DNA from: Lytechinus pictus
Taxonomy: Eukaryota
Length of the DNA: 64,000 bases
NCBI RefSeq assembly: GCF_037042905.1
Contig: NC_087245.1
Span: forward strand, 42,224,001-42,288,000
Direction of reading: 5' to 3'
The position numbers and the translations under genes were made by a program. This document shows positions 56,806 through 64,000 of the stretch, one piece after another; the first letter of the stretch is position 1; every line of letters begins with the position of its first letter. The notes beneath the pieces are model-generated. The model was not told the DNA's origin. It did not search any database and saw only the letters and a list, made by a program, of their open reading frames with translations.

Positions 56806-57029
56806 CAGTGGCGGATCCACGGGGGGGGGGGGGGGATATATTCCAGCCCACGCCTTTCGAGCCATAAAAAATAGTATGTGGAAATGTCGTGCAAACGTAA
56901 GTGAAGACTTTTATTAACTTAAAGATTGTTCGTTATACAAATCAAATTCTGGATTGGGGTCTTTTTGTTAACTTGTATTTTTTTTTAAACAAAAATGCCA
57001 GCTTTTGGAAAACCATGATCCGTCCCCTC
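56806..57029. mobile_element. Decayed poly-G-cored TIR element
   Basis: Left end CAGTGGCGGATCC plus poly-G; degenerate right end gatccgtcccct. Confidence 0.5.
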
Positions 57030-57059
57030 ACATATTCGTTTCTGGCTCTGTTACCTTTT

Positions 57060-57440
57060 TTTTTTCGCGCGTGTATATCGACGTAGCTGGCGCTTCATAA
57101 CTGTGAGAGACGCCAGGCCAGGCACACAGACATCGACAGCAATTTTCTACTTGCCATTCGTTCTTTTCGACGATTTACATTATTCTTTGAGTAGCTGTCA
57201 TCACATCTCAAGTAAAAAAAGATTGTTCAGATTGCTCATATTTTCTAGGTGAGTGTTCCAATTGAAAATCGGATTATAAAACATTTTTTTTTCTTGTTTT
57301 GGAGGCCGAGGGAGCTCTCGCGATTCCGATCAAATCTAACTGTTACTCAGTTAGAGTCCAACTCTCCGCCGTCGCACTCGGCCTGAGGCTCAGGCGTAGC
57401 CGCGTGTGGCACTGTGCGATTCTCTGGCACGGGCGGGTGA
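57060..57440 (+). promoter_or_regulatory. Second candidate CpG-rich promoter / first exon with donor AG|GTGAGT (intron starts 57249)
   Basis: Unique CpG-rich patch with a consensus donor. No downstream coding exon is visible in the window. Confidence 0.35.
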
Positions 57441-58273
57441 GGTCCATTAAAAAAAAAACCACTGACAACATGTTGATAATATTGTTCTAGTTTTTTTTTG
57501 GCTTAACTGCAGAATACCCCGACACTGCTCACTACCCAATCGTTGGTCAGCCAACACAACGATGTCAAGACCTAGGCCTATACTATTACTAGCTATATAC
57601 TAATTCAATGGTATATAGCCTAGATATATCCATACTATTATATACGTACATGCATTACTGGTACTACTACTACTACTATACTACGTACGTACATACGTAT
57701 GACGGTACGTACGAGCAATGCATCCAGGCCATACGTAATGACCTTTGCCCTTTGACTACTACTAGAGCTATAATTAAACATCGTTGGGTGCGCTGCTAGC
57801 CAACGACCCACGTTGTGACGGTACGGACGGTGCAATATAATATTCAAAACATCGCTAGCCAACGACCAACGATGTGACGGTGCCATGTAACATTTAAAAC
57901 ATCGTTGGCTAACCAACGACCCACGATGTGAAGGTGCAATAGTACAAGATTAATACACTCTTTTAAATTACCTACTACTACTAGCTATTGCTATACATCG
58001 TTGGGTGCGCCGCTAGCCAACGACCAACGATGTGACCGTGCAATGCAACATTCAAAACATCGTTGGCAAGCGTTTCAAAGTATGGTTTCACAAAACAGTT
58101 TAATATATGCATATCCTGGTTAGTGAGGTGATCGATGTCATTCACTCTCTATTTCTTTTGTATTTTTTATACATGAAATATTTTCATTTTTTCTTCATTA
58201 AAATATGAAATAAAGTTTTAATTCCCATTGAAGGAATTCAATGGGAATTGAATTCAATGGGAATTGAATTCAA

Positions 58274-58510
<237 letters not shown>

Positions 58511-60137
58511 TATTCACATCGTTGGCATCGCCGGCAATGTTGGCCTCTACAACAGGCATATTCACATCGTTGGCATCGCCGGCAATGTTGGCCTATGTAA
58601 GATACATTCACATCGTTGGCACTGTTGGCATCTACTACAGGCACCAACACATCGTTAGCATCGCGGGCGCTGTTGGTATATACATACTAAACATACATTC
58701 ACATCGTTGGCATCGCCGGCAAAGTTGGCCTATACTTACTAAAGATACATTCACATCGTTGGCATCGCCGGCAATGTTGGCCTCTACTACAGGCATATTC
58801 ACATCGTTGGCATCGCCGGCAATGTTGGCCTCTACTACAGGCATATTCACATCGTTGGCATCGCCGGCAATGTTGGCCTATGTAAGATACATTCACATCG
58901 TTGGCACTGTTGGCATCTACTACAGGCACCAACACATCGTTGGCATCGCGGGCGCTGTTGGTATATACATACTAAACATACGTTCACATCGTTGGCATCG
59001 CCGGCAAAGTTGGCCTATACTTACTAAAGATACATTCACATCGTTGGCATCGATGGCAAGGTTGGCCTGTACTACAGACACCAACACATCGTTGGCATCC
59101 TGGCCGGCGCTGTTGGCCTATACGTACTAAAGATACATTTACATTGTTGGCATCGTTGGCACTGTTGGCATCTACTACAGGCACCAACACATCGTTGGCA
59201 TCGCGGGCGCTGTTGGCCTATACATACAAAAGATACATTCACATCGTTGGCATCGCGGGCAAGGTTGGCCTATACTACAGACACCAACACATCGTTGGCA
59301 TCCTGGCCGGCGCTGTTGGCCTATACGTACTAAAGATACATTTACATTGTTGGCATCGTTGGCACTGTTGGCATCTACTACAGGCACCAACACATCGTTG
59401 GCATCGCGGGCGCTGTTGGCCTATACCTACTAAAGATACATTCACATCGTTGGCATCGAGGGCAATGTTAGCCTGTACTCTACAGTACAGACACCAACAC
59501 ATCGTTGGCATCGCGGGCAATGTTGGTCTACATAGGAAACTACAGATATGATCGCATCGTTGGCATCGCGGGCACTGTTGGCATGTACTACAGACACCAA
59601 CACATCGTTGCCATGGCGGGCAATGTTGGTTTACATAGGCAACTACAGATATGATCGCATCGTTGGCATCGAGGGCAATGTTGGCCTGTACTACAGACAC
59701 CAACACATCGTTGGCATCGCGGGCAATGTTGGTCTACACATACTACGGAAATATACACATCGTTGGCATCGCGGACACTGTTGGTCTACATACTACAGAA
59801 CACAGATATAGATCGTTGGCATCGAGGGCAGTGTTGGCCTGTACCGACTACAGACACCAACACACCGCTACCATCGCGGACTGTGTTGGCCTACACGTAC
59901 TACGAAAATATACACATCGTTGGCATCGCGGGCAATGTCGGCCTACATACTACAGATGCACACAGATATATATATAGATCGTTGGCATCGCGGGCAGTGT
60001 TGGCCTGTACTACGGACACCAACGCACCGCTAGCATCGCGGACTGTGTTGGCCTACACGTACTACGAAAATATACACATCGTTGGCATCGCGGACACTGT
60101 TGGTCTACATACTAATCGCGCGCGCTCGCATCGTTAG
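58511..60137 (+). repeat. Minisatellite of ~33 units of 39 to ~60 bp with higher-order structure
   Basis: Units start CACATCGTTGG at 58515, 58563, 58609, 58648 (variant), 58700, 58752, 58800, 58848, 58894, 58933, 58985, 59037 and onward. The 48-46-39-52-52 block occurs twice. Confidence 0.95.
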
Positions 60138-60489
60138 CGTTACAGTGCAGTCTGAACACTTAGAATCTATTCAAAAAATACTTGTAAGTTGTAAATCATT
60201 CAATTATTTATTATAGCTGATTTTCTGATTTGATAGCTTAAGTACATCGTTGTGCGTTGGCTCTCCAACGATAAGGTAACGCAGTGTCCGGGTATTCTGC
60301 AGTTGTTCCTTTTTTTTTTTAAATTGTTTTGGCCTGCCCTTGAATGTTTACTATCATGGATTCAGGTAAAGGGTTCTAGCTATGATTTGATGCACAAGTT
60401 ATTTAGATTTCTAGCTACCTCGAGCGAAGTTCGTGCAGGCTCCACTCCACTTCACTACCGCTACACTACGCTCCACCTACCCGAACTTT

Positions 60490-61535
60490 GAGACCATGAA
60501 TTCGATCGGATATTCCGAATGACAAAAGGTGGGATTTTATGGTGGGAAAATATAAAATTCATGCAACATCACGATCTTTAAAAACAAGTACAACTAATAT
60601 TCTTACTTTACACAAAGTCAAAGCTTCACTTCTTTTCCTAACCCAGAGAGCTCCCGCCCGCACAGCGGGCGGGAGCCCAGAAGCTTACCGTGTATTTGAC
60701 CATATTCACCGGACTAGGGTGATTTATGGTCTAAATATTTCTCCAAATGAATTGTGAAAACAGAAAGTATACAATTACCACGATTATATGGATGAAGGTC
60801 TAACGAGTGACAGTTTCCTGACATCTGGGAACAGACTGGAACCTCAAAAAAACGAAAAGTTCTCTCCTTCTACCCCCGTTTCGATCGGCCATTTTTGTTA
60901 AAAATCGTAACAAAATGGCCGATCGAGACCGGATAGAAGAAGAGAACTTTTCGTTTTTTTGAGGTTCCAGACTGTGCCCAGATGTCAGGAATCTGCCACT
61001 CGTTAGACCTTCATCCATATAATCGTGGTAATTGTATACTTTCCGTTTTCACAATTCATTTGGAGAAATATTTAGACCATAAATCACCCTAGTCCGGTGA
61101 CAATGGTAAAATACACGGTAAGCTTCTGGGCTCCCGCCCGCTGCGCGGGCGGGAGCTCTCTGGGTTATTCTTTTCCATGCTTCAAGTTCTATCAGTCTCA
61201 AAATTGGTGATTTAGAGCCAACATGAAGTTCCTCACACGTATAAATATTAATGCGCTGCCGAATTCAAAACATCGCATGCGGGAGGCACCGGGTGCGGTC
61301 CGAGCACGGACCCTCGCGCATGTGATGTTTTGAAATCGGCAGCGAATTGTTTATACGTGTGAGGAACTTTATGTTGGCTCTAAATCACCAATTTTGAGAC
61401 TGATAGAAGCATGAAAAAGAAGTGAAACTTTGTGTAAAGTAAGAATATTAGTTGTACTTGTTTTTAAAGATCATGATGTTGCATGAATTTTATATTTTCC
61501 AACCATAAAATCCCACCTTTTGTCACTCGGAATAT
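60490..61535. mobile_element. Outer palindromic MITE hosting the inner palindrome and cut by the LINE
   Basis: 60510-60638 plus 61177-~61290 is the reverse complement of ~61312-61535, with its centre near 61300. The left boundary is inferred. Confidence 0.85.
60639..61167. mobile_element. 529-bp near-perfect palindromic (foldback/MULE-like) MITE
   Basis: Arms of ~260 bp around a 7-nt loop at 60901-60907, termini TAACCCAGAGAGC / GCTCTCTGGGTTA, and a 9-bp TSD TTCTTTTCC (60630-60638, 61168-61176). Confidence 0.93.
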
Positions 61536-64000
61536 TTGATTTGATTTGATTTGATTTGATTTTATTCACCAACGATAACAACATATTTACAGATGTTTAC
61601 ATATTACATTATTATGTCATGCATATAAATATTACAGAAATGAAACATACATGTATATGTTAAGAGCTGATAAAAGGGACCAGAAAATAGCACAAGTGCT
61701 AGTCGAGCCTGGCCCCTACACATATTAGTAATATAGGCGAATATTGAACTTTAAAGTATGTTTTTTTAAAAACACAACAACTACAAAAAAACAAAATAAA
61801 ATTATGAGTGTAACATTTTATGTTATATACAGAGCAATATGATAAGTTATTGATTTAATAAATGATTTTGTAATGAATTCCTGAAATCGTTTCTGGATAC
61901 TTTTAGTTTGATGGCTAATGGTACATTATTCCAGTAATCACTTCCTAAGAAAGATAGAGAGAATTGTCCTTGAGTAGTCCGTAATTTTGGTAAATGTACT
62001 TGTCGACCTTCTTTTTGTCTTGTTGGGTATCTATGCTCTATTACATCGCAATAATCTACTAAAGAGTGAGGTAAGTTATTATTACCCAGGTCATACATGA
62101 AGGTACATATAGATAAATTGTGCATTTCAAATACATTTAGGATCTTTAAATTCTGAAATAATACACGTGTATGAGCTCGCCACTCACTGAATGTGATGGC
62201 ACGTACTGCCATTTTTTGGGTGTAAAATATACAATTTAAGCTACTCTTGTAAGTACTCCCCCACACCTCGATTCCATAAGTTATGTGTGGCTCTATGAAT
62301 GCCTTGTATAATAATACTAATGTATATTTTGGTACAAAATGTCGCAACCGAAATATAATTCCTACTCTTTTACGTATACATGAATTAACTATTCTAATAT
62401 GGTTCTTCCAAGTTAGATGTTTATCTATTGTTATACCTACAAAAGTTGCTTCATTAACCTCTTCAATCTCCTCTCCGGCTATTTCCAATTTACCAGCTAG
62501 TCTAATATTTTTCCTTCTGCTACCAATCAACATGAATTTCGTTTTCATAGAGTTGATAGTAAGCTTGTTTGCAACACACCATTCTTGTATTTTATTTATG
62601 TTAATATTGACTTCATTTACATCAATTTCATCTTGTCCAGCTGGGAAGGTATGAAATAGATTAGAATCGTCTGCAAATAATCTGAAATTGAAATAATTAG
62701 AAACAGATGGTAGATCGTTTATATACAGTAAAAATAATGTTGGTCCTAGAACCGAACCTTGAGGAACACTGCATGTGATTTCCATTTTCTTAGAGACTGT
62801 CTCTTCATATTGAACAAACTGATATTTTCCTCTAAGATAGTCTTCGAACCATTTAAGCGGGAGACCGCGTATTCCATAGTGAGAGAGTTTGTCGATTAAG
62901 ACATTATGATTGATCGTATCAAATGCTTTTTTGAAGTCAATGAATATCCCCAGTGTAGCTTTACTCTCATCAATTGCTTTTAAGAGAGTGTTGGACAAAT
63001 TTATTAATGACAACTTAGTACTGTACTTCTTACGAAAACCATACTGGTGGTGGTAAAAAGCATTGTTTGTTTCTAAAAACTGTACTAATCGCCCGTTTGC
63101 TACTTTTTCGAAAACCTTTCCGAGCACTGGCAAAACAGATATTGGTCTATAGTTTCCAGGTTCATCTTTTGGTCCCTTTTTGTGGATAGGCGTAACTTTT
63201 GCTATTTTCATTTCATCTGGTACCCTCCCACATTCTAAAGATAAATTAAAGATATATGCCAGGACACCTGAAATGTAAACAGCACTATCTCTTAACAATC
63301 GTGCTGGTAAATTATCATGACCACAAGCTTTCTTTCCATCTAGAGTTACAAGATGATTAAAAACCTCATCCTCAGTCACAGGTTTCCAAAATAAAGAATT
63401 GTTAACTCTTGCCCCTAAGTAACGTCTATGTGACACATTTTCATTTGGCAAAGTATCTGCTAGATTCGGACCAATATTTACAAAGTAGTTATTGAATTCA
63501 TTGACAATATCATTTATAGATGTAATGAGGTTATTGTCTCCATTGACCTTTTTGATAAGCCTGTCTACTTCAACAACCCTTGAATTTTTTTTCTTTCCAA
63601 CCAATAATTCATTAATGATTTCCCATGTCTTACTCGTGTTACATCGGTTTTCATATAGTAAATTGGTGTAATAAGTACGTTTTGCATTCTTTAAAATCGT
63701 AGTGAGCAAGTTTCTATATTTTTTATATTTCTTCACAATATCTTCATTGTAGTTTGTCTTTAGGACTTTTGCATATAACTTCTGTTTAACACGTATTGAT
63801 TTAATTATTCCTGTAGTTATCCAGACCTTCTTTTTAATATCTTTCTTTTTTCCAATTTGTTTAGTTTTCATAGGTGCATGTTTGTTACATATATATGAGA
63901 AAGACTTGCAAAACGTAGAGTATGCAATATTTACATCATGGCAGTTTAATACCTCTTCCCAGTTGAAGACAGAAAGGTCTTCTTTAAACTGTTCAATATT
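61536..64000 (-). mobile_element. Young-looking CR1/L2-group LINE with 3' UTR and (ATCAA)n tail; 5' part lies outside the window
   Basis: Uninterrupted ORF2, AATAAA on the minus strand, (TTGAT)n at 61536-61560 on the plus strand. It cuts the right arm of the outer palindrome. Confidence 0.92.
61847..64000 (-). CDS. Non-LTR retrotransposon ORF2 (reverse transcriptase plus C-terminus), CR1/L2 group; frame stays open to the window edge
   Basis: Motifs KIAKVTPIHKKG, NYRPISVLP, QYGFR, FIDFKKAFDTINH, VPQGSVLGP, FADD, WNNVP. The 43 codons upstream of the listed ATG (63872-64000) contain no stop. Confidence 0.95.
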   Translation of the reverse strand, partial: NIEQFKEDLSVFNWEEVLNCHDVNIAYSTFCKSFSYICNKHAPMKTKQIGKKKDIKKKVWITTGIIKSIRVKQKLYAKVLKTNYNEDIVKKYKKYRNLLTTILKNAKRTYYTNLLYENRCNTSKTWEIINELLVGKKKNSRVVEVDRLIKKVNGDNNLITSINDIVNEFNNYFVNIGPNLADTLPNENVSHRRYLGARVNNSLFWKPVTEDEVFNHLVTLDGKKACGHDNLPARLLRDSAVYISGVLAYIFNLSLECGRVPDEMKIAKVTPIHKKGPKDEPGNYRPISVLPVLGKVFEKVANGRLVQFLETNNAFYHHQYGFRKKYSTKLSLINLSNTLLKAIDESKATLGIFIDFKKAFDTINHNVLIDKLSHYGIRGLPLKWFEDYLRGKYQFVQYEETVSKKMEITCSVPQGSVLGPTLFLLYINDLPSVSNYFNFRLFADDSNLFHTFPAGQDEIDVNEVNININKIQEWCVANKLTINSMKTKFMLIGSRRKNIRLAGKLEIAGEEIEEVNEATFVGITIDKHLTWKNHIRIVNSCIRKRVGIIFRLRHFVPKYTLVLLYKAFIEPHITYGIEVWGSTYKSSLNCIFYTQKMAVRAITFSEWRAHTRVLFQNLKILNVFEMHNLSICTFMYDLGNNNLPHSLVDYCDVIEHRYPTRQKEGRQVHLPKLRTTQGQFSLSFLGSDYWNNVPLAIKLKVSRNDFRNSLQNHLLNQ

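Noticed and set aside
58511..60137. CRISPR-like repeat-spacer array, and the overlapping ORFs (58522-59130, 59144-59551 and others)
   Set aside because: The linkers are related to one another and duplicated in blocks, there are no cas-like genes, and the context is animal DNA. The open frames follow from 9-bp subunits and many unit lengths divisible by 3.
62283..62654. 123-aa plus-strand ORF
   Set aside because: Antisense shadow of LINE ORF2.

Overview
AT-rich, repeat-dense animal genomic DNA, not prokaryotic. The repeat types suggest a sea urchin or other echinoderm (inference): poly-G/poly-C-cored non-autonomous DNA transposons, TTAA-flanked and CWG-flanked MITEs, tRNA-derived SINEs, CR1/L2-group LINEs and TTAGGG repeats. 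There is one credible host gene: a 298-aa ORF with a C-terminal coiled coil (43273-44169, +) on one coding exon, possibly with a non-coding first exon about 27 kb upstream. The rest is transposon material whose ends and target-site duplications (TSDs) can often be read directly. It includes a five-deep nest of DNA transposons (31293-36520), a solo LTR, several LINE copies (one with an uninterrupted ORF2 running off the right edge), and a palindrome inside a palindrome. The most unusual structure is a 2.8-kb unit at 57505-60304 bounded by ~60-bp inverted repeats. It contains an interstitial (TTAGGG)n tract joined directly to a higher-order minisatellite built from the same CATCGTTGG motif found in its termini. 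Most short ORFs in the supplied track are artefacts of microsatellites or repeats. All calls were made by eye without database searches.
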